Source: Schizochytrium sp. TIO01 (taxonomy: Eukaryota; Protista; Bigyra: Labyrinthulomycetes). From it: a stretch of 64,000 nt of DNA. Within the stretch, counting starts at the first letter, position 1. Every line of letters begins with the position of its first letter. The DNA lies in contig SMSO01000037.1 in assembly GCA_004764695.1 (NCBI GenBank), positions 534,747 to 598,746 of the forward strand, written 5' to 3'. The notes beneath the pieces were generated by a model. It had not been told where the DNA came from. It saw nothing but the letters and a program-made list of their open reading frames with translations, and did not search any database. A program made the position numbers and the translations under genes. Positions 1-13,536 of this stretch are shown piece after piece.

Positions 1-1360
1 AGCCAACGCTTTACTTTGCAGAATATCTCATCTTTTTTATTAATATTTTTGTTGAGTGCAAATCATGATAGCAGTAGAGTTTATAGCTGCGGCTAGGTTG
101 GTGCTCCAGAGCCATACCCAAGCATGGATTTTATTTGGTAGTGAGGTGGATGCTGTTCACCACCCCATCCTTCAGCCTACCTCAACCTTTCTCATCTGAC
201 CACGGTAGCAGGAATCTCAAATTTAAGCAGAGAATAATATTATCATTTTCGTCAATTTTCGCTCGCTTCAAATGCAATCTTGTTCGGCAGAAAGCTTAAT
301 AATAGCAGCTACTGATACGCACGTCAGTTGCAGAATGACATATAATTCACGAAGTCATTATGTTGGTTTGAGATTTGAAATCAAGTTTTAAAAAAGGTTT
401 CAACCCATTACCTCTGAGAGTGCCCTTTTCAAAATTTTATTACTCACCTAGTACCTATAGAGAACTACCCGAATTACTCATACTACTCTTTGGATTCAGT
501 AATCTATCTTAAACAGAATGAATAACATAGTGAGTTTCGAAATTACGAACTTGCAAGTTGCAACTTAATAGCGCAGCCAGTCATCCTTGGTTACTCATCC
601 AGAGTCTCTTGGAATAAATTATTATTCGTCTTTTACAGAGCCCTGACAGTGGGTGCAGAAATAGACTAATATAACGAGTACCTGTTATCCCCTTGGAGTT
701 GGCGAGGGATCGAACAAACCTTAGCCCTTGGTCTTTGGACGAGGATCTAAGAGGTATGGCTTTTAAAACGAAGAATAAACAGAAAAAAATGATGGATGAA
801 ATTTTACACAATCTGCTGCCGATGTTTAAAAAAGAAACAAAGTGCCACAGAAATATTTTCAAGAGTGTTTTATTCAGGGATTGCAGACTCCACAAGGCAT
901 TACTTGGAATGTCAGAGGTATTTGTATCAACTCGCAGTATTTATTTTGCGGTTGAAACTCGTGAAGCAAATAAAGGAGGGGATAGCCTCTTGCATTTGCA
1001 ATCGGCACGGCAACCACTCAAACAAACTTCGAAGCGACGGGCTATTTAAAAAAAAAAAAAAAGAAGACCGCAAAAACTACTAGGAACGAAGAAGAAGAAG
1101 AAAAGAAGAAGAAAGCACATTGCGGCAGCAAATAGAAATTCAGACTCCATTATACCAACTTTTTTAAAGCGCATCCTTGACTTTGCATGCAATGGTACTG
1201 AAAAAGCGCCCTACTAGTCGTTATGCGTGACGTGTTTTCAAGTGATAGATTAAAGCTGGCATTCCACTCGTGCAGGAAAAACAGACTAGGGTACTAGTTA
1301 GTCTTTTGTTTGTTCTAAATCTCACTGACACCCAGGAATTCTCACCCTAACTGAAGCGAC

Positions 1361-3569
1361 TTATGCAACATAACTTCTATTGTTGGGCCTTTCCTCCGAG
1401 CCAGCTGGTGTAGTATTGGTACTTTGCATTGAATTGGCAGTACTATTCCCTGGGTTGGCATCTAGAGACACCACCACAACTGGGACAGATTTGTTAACGT
1501 TGCTGAGGCTTGGGTTACCGATGGCAGTGTTGTAAGAGCGATTTCCGCTCTCAAAAACATTGCTGCTCATGTTTGTTGAATAGTAGTTATTGCTACTATA
1601 AGTGTTTGTTTTAATGTTGTGGCCACTGCTACCATTATTACTCTGAACAGATCCGTGATGAGATGATGCTGTTGATGCGACAGCTGATGCTGGGTCTACA
1701 ACACTTGCGCTCGAGGCCGAGCTGTAGACGGTTGGGTTCTGGCTTCTCCCGTTAAGACATACATCACTGACCTCCTGCAGAGTTGCACTGCTGACCGGTG
1801 CTTGGACATGTGAGAGTTGTTTTGCCTTGGGAGCGGTAGCAGAGAAGCTAACAGGAGTTCCAGAGGCAGGGGCAACAACTCCACTGCTAGGAGGTGACGG
1901 CGGAGTGCGTGGATGAGAAGTCGGAGAAGTATTGGTAATCTTGATCACCTTGGGCTCTTTCACAACAATTGTATTAGTAGGATACGCCACGTTAGAGCTA
2001 ACACTGGACGAATTACTTGCCACTGTTGAGGTGGGGGAATCCTCCCCAACAGGAATCTTAGAAACGGTCGCATCAGCCACGCGAGGTCCGGCACTCGCCA
2101 CATGATGTGTTTTGGCAGGTTGGACAACCTTGCTGTGCTGGCTTAGGTTTTCATCATCATCCACATCTGCACCACGGGTGGTTTCACTTGTCGTACTGCT
2201 ATTGGTGGTAGCTCCATCTTGGCGTTGACTGTATGTCGTTGTTCGCGCGGATTCATCCATGCTATGCGTTGAATAACGATGCGAGGTGCGGACGCGATGG
2301 GTCCGGGTCTGCCCAGAACCACTTGCTGGATCGATGCTATGTGAGGAGCTCCCAGAGCAACCTGACGAAGCTGGTTGTGTTTTTCGCGATTCGTTCTTGG
2401 TGTCCACACTTCCAAAGTTGCGTACCAAAGGCGCCCTGGGCTGCGGATCATTGTAGTCATACTCATAACCTTCAAATAGTTTTTGCTCCGTAGGTGTTAA
2501 GTTGCGTAGACGCCGCTCCTCCTCTTCACCCATAAAGACAGCGTGAATGTCTGCATCGGGCTCAGCATTCATACGTTTTGTGTTTGGAAGGAAAGGTACA
2601 GAATGTGTCCCGTCATTGACCTTGGCCCAGTCAAAGTGCTGTGAACTTGTAAACCACGCGTGAGACTTGAAATCGCTTACTCCATTGAAACCAAGGCGAG
2701 AGTCTCGCTTGACAGTAAACAAACGCGTCAACAAATCGATGCACTCCTTGCTCAGGCCTAGATCCTCATTTTGGTAGTCATGTTGAAATTGGGCAATGAG
2801 TGGCTCCTGTACAATTTCTTTGTCAATGGAAGCCTTTCGTTTACCGTTACTGGGAAGCAAACGTCCTGCCTCGCGAAGATCTTCCGCACGGAACGGCCTT
2901 CGCTTTGTCAGAAACTCGTGAATAGTCACGCCCAAGGCAAACCAATCAGTTGTTTTGGAATGCGCATGTGACTTGGTATATAACTCAGGAGGCATGTAGC
3001 CACCTGTTCCTGACCCTGACCGACACAAGCCATTTGAATCAACTTGACGTGCAATGCCAAAGTCTGTTAGCATGACCCATCCTTGTCCATCCAATAGAAT
3101 ATTTTCTGGTTTAACATCGCGATGAATGACGCCCTTGGAGTGGCAGTAGTCAAGAGCTTCAATGATTTGAGCAGAGTAAATGCGTACACGGTCCTCTGTG
3201 AAGGGTAGACCGTGTGCATTGTGATTGAGCTGGTAGCGCAAATCGCCACCGAGAGCAAGATCCATCACCAGGTACAAGTGCTTCGGATCTTGGAACGCAT
3301 AGTAAAGATTACATATGCGATCATGTCGAAGGTTTGTGAGCATATCACGCTCGCGAAAGATCTCCTCGAACCTCTTTTTTTGCATCACGTTTTCTTTGTT
3401 GAGAACTTTCATGGCAAACCATTGCGCAGGAGTTTCGCCACGTTTTGTGACAGCCTTGACTTTGCCAAAGCCCTCCCTCGCCCAGCACTCGCCCTTTGTC
3501 AAAATGCTTTAGGCCGACAGGTTGACCCTCAAGATCTGTGCGAGCGTTTACCGAGGTGACGCAGCCCAT
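1361..3569 (-). CDS. STK32: AGC-group Ser/Thr kinase, STK32/YANK-like, with N-terminal MGC acylation motif and a long Ser/Thr-rich disordered C-tail; one +1 frameshift at about 3471-3473
   Basis: ATG at 3569 gives MGCVTSV...LKHFDKGRVLGEGG, which continues in the other frame as FGKVKAV to restore the GxGxFG loop. Also AMK, YLVMDLALGGDLRYQL (STK32-like DLxLGGDLRY), HRDVKPEN, DFG, GTGGYMPPE, DWFALG and an AGC C-tail (FDW..PFLP..FEGYEY). Confidence 0.85.
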
Positions 3570-6500
3570 GATGAATGGCCGTGCTAGGGACTCTCAAAAA
3601 CCTTGCGAGTTTGCTTGCTGAGGGTCTCTACTCTTTTAAGAGCACTCAGGAGGACTACTTAATATGAGCCTACAGATTTTGACAAAGAAAGCACAAACCT
3701 TATGCTTTTGAATATGGTACCCAAGAACGGTAGATGTATCTTGACTAAAGACTACTGCACGAAGTAAAGCTTTGAACTCGATCGGAGGGCAGCACAATGG
3801 GAGAATTGGAACCACGCTACTCCGTAGCAAGAAGGGGTTAGAGAGACTACGTCCAAACAAGACTTGTCCAGATAATTATTTTTCTGTCTCTTACAATACG
3901 TGAAACAGTTGAGTTGATACCTGTTCGTTTTCGCTGTCTCCAGGCTTCAGACAAATGTACGCTGCGTATGTGAGCGAGGCCAACCGTTGGTTGGCGTGTG
4001 TTGCTTTCTTTCTGCCAGTCTAAGGATGTTGCAGCTTCCTTGATTGCTTTGGCTTTACTTTTGCTTGCTTCCTGAGTTCAGACTAATTAATCGAAATCAG
4101 TCTCCACGGCGAAATAAAATCCGCACACAAAGACCACCAACCCAGGATGGATGAAGAAAGCCTTTAAAAGTAGCAGGGGGGAAATTTAAGAAGTGTGGTG
4201 CACTGTCCCCTAAATATTGAGCCTCTGAAAAGGGAAATGTAGACGGAATGAAGTATCAAACAAGGGGGGTAGGTGGGTAGGTGACTCCTCGTGAGTGACG
4301 CAAGGCAGGATACAACACAGCTTTTAAAAAAAGTGACGGCCAATGCAGATGTATATGTTCTCCACGATTAAGATTCGCTATGACACTTCCTTTTCCCTTA
4401 AGGTAACAGGTCTCTACTTGAAATCCTTTGCAGTCGCCTATCAGGCAAAAGCTTAAAATAAATGTGTACTCTTCGAGCAACCACAAGGCGGTCAGGTAAC
4501 TACCAAGCCACGTCTGCACCTCCCTTTGCTACTAAAGTACAGTATCTATATATGTGGGTATATCCAAAGGAGAAAAAAGTGATCCTGCACCGAGAGTTTT
4601 CGTGCCTTGTGGTTTTCCCCAAACTTCTTCGGAGACTGACCACCGTCGTGCGCCCCGATCAGTCCTCCTTACTCCCGGGCCCCTTTTCTGGTACACTTGC
4701 TAGTTCTACTTTCCGTGCAGCTAACGAGCACGTACCGGGCCTTCGGAATCTCCACTTGTAATGCTCAGTAGTCCCAGCACTGGTACCTTTGTAGTCCCAG
4801 CACCTCCAAATGTCTTTAGCAGCTCACAGAAGCCACCGAAACTCTGCCACCAAGGTTCCGAATAACAGAACAAGCGCCCAGCCCACTGTCACTTTGCAGT
4901 CTCTCCTCCGCAACTAGGAGAGTGTATAGTTGTCAAGACCCACGCAAGACGGACGATTTGTCTTTGAGACCCCTTTTGCTCAATGTACTACTGCGATTAT
5001 CAACAATCACCGCCGACCAAGGCACCTCTATAGTCTATCTACACAAAACTCTACCACTAAGGTACTCTCGGAAGTGTGTTGAGAGTGTGTGTGTGCCGAC
5101 AGTAGAACTAAAGATTGTAGAATCCTATAGTGGGACAGAGGAATACTCCACTGTATAACTCTATACACTACAGTAGCTTTAGTTGATATACACAGGTATA
5201 CAGAGGTATACGGAGTTATGAGAAGATGTCAAAGGCGGGACTCCTCGAAGCTCCCGGTACGCGAACAGGGCCTCGGAGAGGGCTCGCAGAGCGGCGCTGG
5301 AGATTTTGAGAATATCTGTCTTTTTCAATCTCACGGAGACCAGTCGTTCTGGAGGTGCCGTCGAAGACTAGTTTGTTACGTTTAGGCGTTGTTGTTATCC
5401 GCAGCAGTCTTTCTCTTCTCTTCCCTTTTCTTTGAAAGAAGAAGAGTGTTTCTTTTGCAAAATCGAGAAGAAAACAGAGAAACTCTTTTGTTTGAAAAGA
5501 GAAGAGAAGATGAGAAAAATAAGATGAACGAGCGCCTGTCCCGGGTCGTCACGAGCTCCCTGCGCGAAGAACCTCTCCTGTGCTGGTACTATGGGCCCGG
5601 ATTGAAGCTGTATCACGCCAGAGTAACCCCCTTCTCCTCCTTCGTGAGTGTGCGGCTTCCTTTTCTAGCCTCTGCGACCTTACTGGGTCAGGTTGCTGAG
5701 CAGGACGATCGGTGTTGCTGCTGCCCACGCTTCGATCTCACTCGCTCGCCCGGGTTCTCTTGCCAACCAAACGACGAAGTAGAACTAGACCGTGCGGGAA
5801 GATGAACGAAGCTGCCGGCTCCCGTATCCAGCTGCACGCGGCACAAGGTTTACAGCCTCGAGCTCGTTCGCTCGCTCGCTCGCTCGCGTCGCTCTTCGCT
5901 GTTCTTGAAGGAATGAATGAATATTTGAATGAATATTTATTTATTTGTTTATTTGTTTATTTATTTATTTATTTATTTATTTACAAATGAACGATATGAT
6001 ATTCGAAAACTACAAATACCTACGCAAATCCAAGTGAGGGCGAACTGAGCATCCAGTACCTACATTTGATGACGCCACCGATCTACTGCTGCCACTGCTT
6101 CGTTCACGCTGGGGTGGAGAAGGACGTCTCTGACAAGCAAGCATCTCAAATCTTCTTTGACGCCCGCCCTGAAATATGATGGTTGAAATCAAGAGATGAT
6201 TGATTGATTGACTGATTGATCCGTCTCAACTTTCTTTCATTTCTCACGGCAGAGTAAATTATGATCGTATTTCGGTCGTCATTACATTCAGGAACCGGAA
6301 GGCAGCTCGTACCTGCCTCTTTCCTGGTGCCATTGCACAAGTGCGACGACGTCATCACTAGAACGATACCTGCGTTTCGAAGAGTGCTATCACATCCGGC
6401 ACTTGCCTCCATACAGACAATTGTCAAAGAACTAGTTAGCTACTCATTCATTCATTCACTCATCGTAGTTCTGAGTCCTGACAGCTCATTTCCTTCTATT

Positions 6501-8011
6501 TATAACTCTCATCAAGTCGCTTTTTTGTAAAAACATTTTATATATAAACTTTAACTTATTTTGTTAATTGATTAAAAACAATTAACTCTGAAATGACTTT
6601 TTAAAACTATACATAAATAGGTCTAACTATCTTCGTAATAATATCAGTAGGTAAGTAGTTAGTAATACAAGCAAACAAATAACAGTGGAAAGAGGGCTAA
6701 AACCACCACCTAGAACAGTTTGTTTCTGGCTCAATTTTCTATCGGAAAGATGGTAGTGGATTATTTACTCTAATCGACAAAGCATTGAGGGGCGGCAATG
6801 ACCATAGAGGAGGAAGGCAATCTAGCTTTCCTGAATACCTATGGTTTCCTTTGATTGTTCAATAGGAGACTATTACTTTAGAAACTACTTTTGTTCATTT
6901 TACAAAACAGGTTTAAAATATCATTTGAGAAAAGTTGATAAGTGAAAATTGATTTATAAAGGAGTAAACTTGCGGAAAAGTGGTTGCCTCTTATCGCGCC
7001 GTTGATGAAGATACGACCTTTGCGGGGTTTTAAACTCGCAAGATTGAACGCGAGAAGGCCCAAAGTGAGCTACCAAAGCACCATCACCGCCAGACATCCA
7101 GCACTGTCAGCTATTTCAACTCTCGTTTCTCTTTCTTTTCTAAATGAAAATAACATATGTTATTCAAATTCAATTTATGCTATCTTTTAAGATTAAATTT
7201 TAATGCTGTGTTATCACTCTTTCGGTGCTTCTTCTGACTAAGTGAGAAGAAAGCCCTTGGAAACTTGGACTCACTCTACTAAGACTACCCCAGATAGTAT
7301 GTGGCGGATTTTCACACTAGTATAATGTTTTAGACAAAACTATAAGTCAATCATCTCCTTAAGTTCATTCCAGACTTCCCATGCCCTCTCTTGAGGCATC
7401 ATCGGAGGAAGAAAAAGGTGCTCGAGCTGTGTAAAGGGAACTAACTAAAGTCTAATGTAATAATTTTATTCCTAAACAAAGCTGAGGATAAACAAAGACG
7501 ACACTGTTATTATAGTGTAGTAGGTACCTCTAATAGCTCGATAGGTAGGTAGTACATGCACACGCGTTGAATCCAACACTTGACAATTGATTGTAGGACT
7601 ATTGTGCAAAGGCTGCGAAGATCAAGAACTCATGGGATTCCGCTGCTCTTCATCACCATCGCCGATGTCACAGTGCGCGTAGTATCGTCAGAATCACTCG
7701 TATTGCAGAGTCGGCCTTTTGTGATGCTTTTGTTTTGGACTTTGTTTTTTTGTTTTTTGTTTTTTGTTTTTTTTCTGAAGACGCTTGCCGACTTGCTTGT
7801 TGTCTCTGACATTAGCGGTCGCAACACGCCAGACGGGCTCGCAGCAGCTGTCAGTGATTCTGGACCGGGTGGAGATACCCTGCGCGCCAGGGCTTGCAAG
7901 GTTGCATCAGGAATAGAGTGTGCAAAATAAATGGAGATGAATGGTTTCTTTCAGGATCGAACAAATGTAAAGCAAAGGTTTCTCTTCTCAATTCTTTAGA
8001 ATTACTAACTA

Positions 8012-8165
<154 letters not shown>

Positions 8166-10289
8166 ATATAGTAGCTAGGAGTGAACTAGCTTGTAGTCAG
8201 TAAGTAAATTAGTTGGGAATGAACCTCACTTCCTCAATTTTATACCAATTAATCTCTGCCCAGATGGTGTTGAAATAGATGTACTAGTGAACGTGGATAC
8301 CTACCTACACACTCTGTCGCAGCAAGGCCCATTCTTGGCACAGACGTTGTTCAAGATATCCGAAGTGCGTTATCAGCTGTTGTCGGTTAGCGAGCGTACA
8401 CTTAAAACTTAAAACTGCCTGAACGGCACTTGATATGAAACGCCTCAGGCTTTTATTTGCCTCTTCAAGAGGTTTTTTGCTCCCTCCGCTACTTCTGACA
8501 GGCGTGTTTTCGTGTGGTATGGTCTTACAGATGTTACTACTTCGGCTGTTGACAAAACTTGTTGATGTGGTTTCTATGAGGCCTATTTCGGGAGGCGATG
8601 CCGTTGTCGTGAGAGAAGAAATAAAAAAGCCACGACTATCTGAGATATTTGTTTTCTCAGCACACCCGGCTTTTAGCACTACGAGTTTGAGCAGGGACGC
8701 TCGAGTTTAGGTTTTCCTTTCACTTTCAAAACTATACGTCAAGTTGGCCTTAACGAAAATAATAATAATAACTTCTCGTTGACGCTACCTCAAGTAGCCC
8801 CAAGCGTGAGGCTGGCGGCCACCGCTGGCTTTGATAATTACAAAGCTTACAAGTTTTAGACTGGCAGGGTACACCACTGATGCAAACAAATTTAGAAATA
8901 TATATTCTTCATTCTCGCCGAGTCCGCATAATATCTCGCAAAGGGCATCTGGTTTCTCTGTCTTTCGTGATGATTTGGGCTGGAACTGAATGAGCGCACA
9001 AAATTTGACTTTGTCTTGAGACTAGCTAGCTGGACAGCGTTGACGTTTTGGTCTATCTAAACTCTCTTTTAAACGTCATGAGAATAATGATCAAGTATCG
9101 ATAATACCAAGAATGTTGTCTTATTATTCACGAGGAGCATATTCTGCCGAGACTTTTTAACGTGCCCGACTTTCCCAGCAAGCAGAACAACCATGGTGCT
9201 AACTTGTCTTAAATCAGCGCCATCTTGAAAATAGGAGCTGCCGAGCACCTTCATGCGAGGAGCTCGATCTTTTTCTGCAATATGTGACACATATGTGGGA
9301 ATATCATCATTAGGTATATTTCGACCATCCTTTTCAATCAGTTGAATGTTTAAACCATAAATAATCCATATTTATTTCTTTAGAAATCTTGAGTGGCGTA
9401 GCTACAGTATTAGTAATAAGGGGTAGTGCGACTCTTATGAATCTGTTTATGTTTGAAGTAGAGCTTATCGTCTACTCAATGCATCATTTCACATCGCAAA
9501 TTCCATTATCCTAGGATGAAAATGGGTAGTAAGTCTCACTACCCAGTTGTTCGTGCTTAACACGAATGTGTTGTCAATTCTTTCTGACTTGTACCAGGTA
9601 AGGTCGTATTTCTGTTTGAAGCAGGTAGGAACAACCTGCATAACATTCAAGTTGAAGGATCAGGCAATAGTTTACAGTCACGATCATTTTCTAGTTCTCC
9701 CTTCTTTTCATTGGCATTTCTTCAAGTTTATTGGAGTTTTCCGGAGCGTTTTATGAAGCAACTAATTAGCTAACTAACCAAATCCTCTAGAATTTCCATC
9801 AGATGCTGGCTTTTCCAAACCAAGGGCATTACCATCATTCGCTACCTCAACACTATGACAACATCGCTGCCCCAATACTTCTTTCGAATCAGCGTGTTGA
9901 ATGAATAGTCCGGTTTTGCGGATGCAATCCCATCTTCACCCTTAACTTGCTCAAGATTTTCAACCTTATTTTTCAACCCGAACAATAATTGAAGTGAAAG
10001 ATAACTCGCTGTCTTTATATATTTCCGTTGATTACTTTCCAAGACCGCTCCATTTCTGTCCATACCTAACCGGAAGTGGTATTGTGAGTACTGCCGATTA
10101 AAGCTGCTGCGGTCACATTTTACTTTTCATTTAGCTCAAAATTATCTAATTCTAGAGATTCAGGAGCTCTTTGATTTTCTCAGCTATAACTAGTTTGATA
10201 TTTACAAAAAAGAGAATGAGGATGCATTAAATGTTTATAAGATGTAGTGGTGTAGACCGTGCGTGTCTAGGATACTTGGTGATACTATG

Positions 10290-12893
10290 TTAACGATGAT
10301 GCTGCATGGTCTCGTAGGCATCCTGAGAAAGAATACGCACCTCAACAGCATTACTAAGACGCTCATTCAAATTGGGTTGCTCACGCAAATGCTTTGCTAC
10401 ACGTGCGTTAATATCTTTCAAGCACATAGCTACAGTGACAGCTGCACCCGGTTTGGCCCACGCACGATCAAGGATGTACTCATTTGCGTAGAGCCACATG
10501 TCTTGCGGGAAGCAGAGGTGCTCTTCTTTCACAACCATTGCAGAGACACCACGGCAAACAGACATTTGATGGGCAGTCACCGGGTTGCTAGTAACAACAA
10601 CAATTCGGGCTGTCGGGCGGTATTTTGCCACAAGACGCGCTAGGTCACCTGTCTCAGAGACAAGAACGATGAGCTCGGCATTTACATTTAAAGAAGTCTC
10701 CACGGCAGTGGAGGCTAGGGCCTCAATCAAAGATACCTTACCCTTTGACATCACCTCGGCACGAATAGTTGAAAAATAGCTATCATAATCAATAACCCGT
10801 TCAGCTTCTGAAATGATGCGGCCCATTGTGGCCACGGCCTCGCGAGGATACTTGCCTTTAGCAGTCTCTGCAGAGAGCATTACACAATCGGTACCATCTA
10901 GGACTGCATTCGCAACATCACTGCATTCTGCATTGGTAGGGCGAGGCCGAAAAGTCATTGAGTCGAGCATTTGTGTACTTGTGACGACAGGTTTTCCAGC
11001 GAGGTTTGCCCAACGAATCACACCTTTTTGAGCTAGGAAGAGCTTACTAAGAGGTAATTCCATGCCTAAATCTCCACGGCTTACATGAATACCGTCTGCC
11101 TCAGCGATGATTTCCGCAATATTGCGCAGAGCCTCCACACTCTCTATTTTTGCGTGTACACGAATATGTTTTCCAGCCTCTCCTAAACAAGCTCGCACTG
11201 CACGCACATTGTCAGCTGTGCGAATAAACGAGCCTGACACAATATCAACAGGGTAGTTTAAGGCAAAATTCTCAAGATCATATTTGTCCTTAGCTGTAAT
11301 GCCTGGAAGTCGAATCGAGACACCTGGTAGGTTCATATTCTTTCTTTCTTCAAGAATCGCATCATTTTCCACTCGCACCATAACAGACTTCTCCTTGACT
11401 TCTTCAACGCGGGTTTGGATAGATCCATCTGCAATAAGGATGATACCACCGATTATGACTGACGAACACAGATCAGGGTAACTGCAGGCAACAATTTCTG
11501 AGCTTCCTTCAACGGAGTAGTCAGTAGTAATTTCTAGCAGCTGGCCAGTGACGAGTTCGACGGGTTCATGATTCTTCAACATACCCGTGCGGATCTCAGG
11601 ACCTTTAGTATCCATAAGAATAGCGCAGTGGCACTGTAAACCGTGAAGTTCTTCACGAATACGCACGGCCTCTTTAAGATTTCGAATAGTCTCTGCATGA
11701 TACTCGTGGTCACCATGGGAAAAGTTCAAGCGGGCGACGTTCATACCAGCATCCAACAGTGCTAAAATCATATCAACACTACGCGACGCAGGTCCAATTG
11801 CACAGATAATTTTTGTACGGCGACGAGTTTTGCGCTTTGGTAGCACTGCAAGAGGTGGCATATGAGCAGCCGAGGGCAGGGGTGTCACAACACCACGCTC
11901 TGGATCTGCCTCTTCTAAATCGTGTGCTGACTTGATTGCGACCTTATCTAGCAAGCTGACAATGCTCTTGTGTTTGTGGTGGGCGTTTTGATCTTGCTTT
12001 TGCTGCTCCTCTTGTTGTTTTCTGCGAATTTGTGCCTTTGATTCGCTGGCGTCATTGTCAATATCTTCATCGTCATCATCATAAGTACGTCCATCCAGGA
12101 CCTCCATCACGCTCATGGCCGCCACTGACGCCCAGTCAAGGATTCCGCGCCTCAATCTCCGCATAGTCATCGCAGCCGGCGAGAGTTGTACCGCTGCACC
12201 GGGCCAGTTCGCCATCATATGAGTCATGCTCTCGTCGTTTCTGGATCCAATCCGCGGCCTATTCCCAACTCCCGAATGTGCAAATTCCTCTTCACCAGAA
12301 GCACCCCCTGCAGGGCTCGAGATTGGATCTGCCTCTGAAAGGCTCGCAATTCTTACAAGTGGCATGCGCTGCGCAAGCGCAGGATGTCTCTTAATGGGAC
12401 TTTCGACATCAGGTTTAGCCCTAACGCCTGCAGGCTTGAGCGAGAACCTCTTTGCAGACCCTGGCCTGGGTGTTGCGGCTTCTGAGGTGTCAGCTCCAGT
12501 CGCACTGCGGGACAACGGCGGGGTCGGCGCCAAAGATGAGTTCGATTGTGCTGACACAGAATTCTGTTCAATTCCAGGAATTTCATTGCAGATATTGTTC
12601 TTGCTGTTTTCCACATTGAGCCCAGTCATGCCAGCAATGACATCGTTCGTCTTAGTGCTGTCGTTGCTGCTTTTGTCATTATTTCCTTCTCTCGATCCGC
12701 CAAAGTCACTCTTGGTTTTAAGGTTGCAGTTGTCGTTGTTGTTGTAAGGCCCACTGCTGCTCATATCGCTGTCTTCACGGGCGGCTGAGGCCATCCCTGA
12801 TGAGGCCACTCCCGGCGCTTCGGAGGAGCCGGGAAGGCTGTGTTCGGCAGGCCCCGAGGCTCCTGTGTCTTTTGCTGCGTCTAGCCCACCCAT
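10290..12893 (-). CDS. PYK: Pyruvate kinase with an approximately 350-aa low-complexity N-terminal extension
   Basis: TKIICAIGP, ARLNFSHG, DTKGPEIRTG, NLPG, AKIE, SRGDLG, TQMLDSM, DVANAVLDGTDCVMLS, AKYRP. Single exon. Confidence 0.95.
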   Translation of the reverse strand: MGGLDAAKDTGASGPAEHSLPGSSEAPGVASSGMASAAREDSDMSSSGPYNNNDNCNLKTKSDFGGSREGNNDKSSNDSTKTNDVIAGMTGLNVENSKNNICNEIPGIEQNSVSAQSNSSLAPTPPLSRSATGADTSEAATPRPGSAKRFSLKPAGVRAKPDVESPIKRHPALAQRMPLVRIASLSEADPISSPAGGASGEEEFAHSGVGNRPRIGSRNDESMTHMMANWPGAAVQLSPAAMTMRRLRRGILDWASVAAMSVMEVLDGRTYDDDDEDIDNDASESKAQIRRKQQEEQQKQDQNAHHKHKSIVSLLDKVAIKSAHDLEEADPERGVVTPLPSAAHMPPLAVLPKRKTRRRTKIICAIGPASRSVDMILALLDAGMNVARLNFSHGDHEYHAETIRNLKEAVRIREELHGLQCHCAILMDTKGPEIRTGMLKNHEPVELVTGQLLEITTDYSVEGSSEIVACSYPDLCSSVIIGGIILIADGSIQTRVEEVKEKSVMVRVENDAILEERKNMNLPGVSIRLPGITAKDKYDLENFALNYPVDIVSGSFIRTADNVRAVRACLGEAGKHIRVHAKIESVEALRNIAEIIAEADGIHVSRGDLGMELPLSKLFLAQKGVIRWANLAGKPVVTSTQMLDSMTFRPRPTNAECSDVANAVLDGTDCVMLSAETAKGKYPREAVATMGRIISEAERVIDYDSYFSTIRAEVMSKGKVSLIEALASTAVETSLNVNAELIVLVSETGDLARLVAKYRPTARIVVVTSNPVTAHQMSVCRGVSAMVVKEEHLCFPQDMWLYANEYILDRAWAKPGAAVTVAMCLKDINARVAKHLREQPNLNERLSNAVEVRILSQDAYETMQHHR

Positions 12894-13492
12894 CGCGGAG
12901 AGGATCCAAGCGGGGGGCTAGGGCGCCGCGTGCTTCGTGGCTAGCTTCGGGTCTGCCGCGTCTGAGACGGGCGCGGAAAGTATCTAGCAGACTTCGTTGG
13001 AATTTATCAACGTAATTTTGACGCCTGCTTCTGCGCCTGAAAGCACACTTTTCTTGATTTCCTTTAGTTAGTTCTTTCCCTCTTTCCTCCACTGACGTCA
13101 ACACCTTAAAAAAGATATAACCCCAACCTTAACATTTGAAAGCAAACATTCTTCTTTTCTATTTTTAAATACTTGCAAGAGTAACTTGAGTTTATTGGTA
13201 GACAGATTAGAGCAATGATATAAAAAATGATTTTGCTACTTATCAATCGCAGTTCTGCGCTCGGTGATTGTTGCTGCACTGTCCGAGCGTCCGGACGCTC
13301 ACTAAAATCTAAGACTGGCGGAAGCCAGGGCTTGGTGCGAAGACCTGTTTTCCTGTTTTTGCTTCTCCAGGGCTGGGTCTCAAAATGACAATCAAGGTAC
13401 CTTCGAATCTTGCCGACGCTTGTTTTGGTCTTGTTGTGAAAGCCAACGCAGGTTTTGACTTCACTCCTCTTTCTTTTCATTCTTTTCGTTTA

Positions 13493-13536
13493 TTCATTCA
13501 TTCATTCATTCATTCATTCATTCATTCATTCATTCA
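13493..13536. repeat. (TTCA)n microsatellite in the divergent PYK/TMEM234 intergenic region
   Basis: About 11 units read directly. Confidence 0.9.

Noticed and set aside
581-1083. Short overlapping ORFs downstream of the kinase
   Set aside because: AT-rich, non-ATG starts and no motifs; probably 3' UTR or intergenic sequence.
4768-4803. 13-bp direct repeat GTAGTCCCAGCAC x2
   Set aside because: Only two copies with a 10-bp spacer; not an array and there is no element context.
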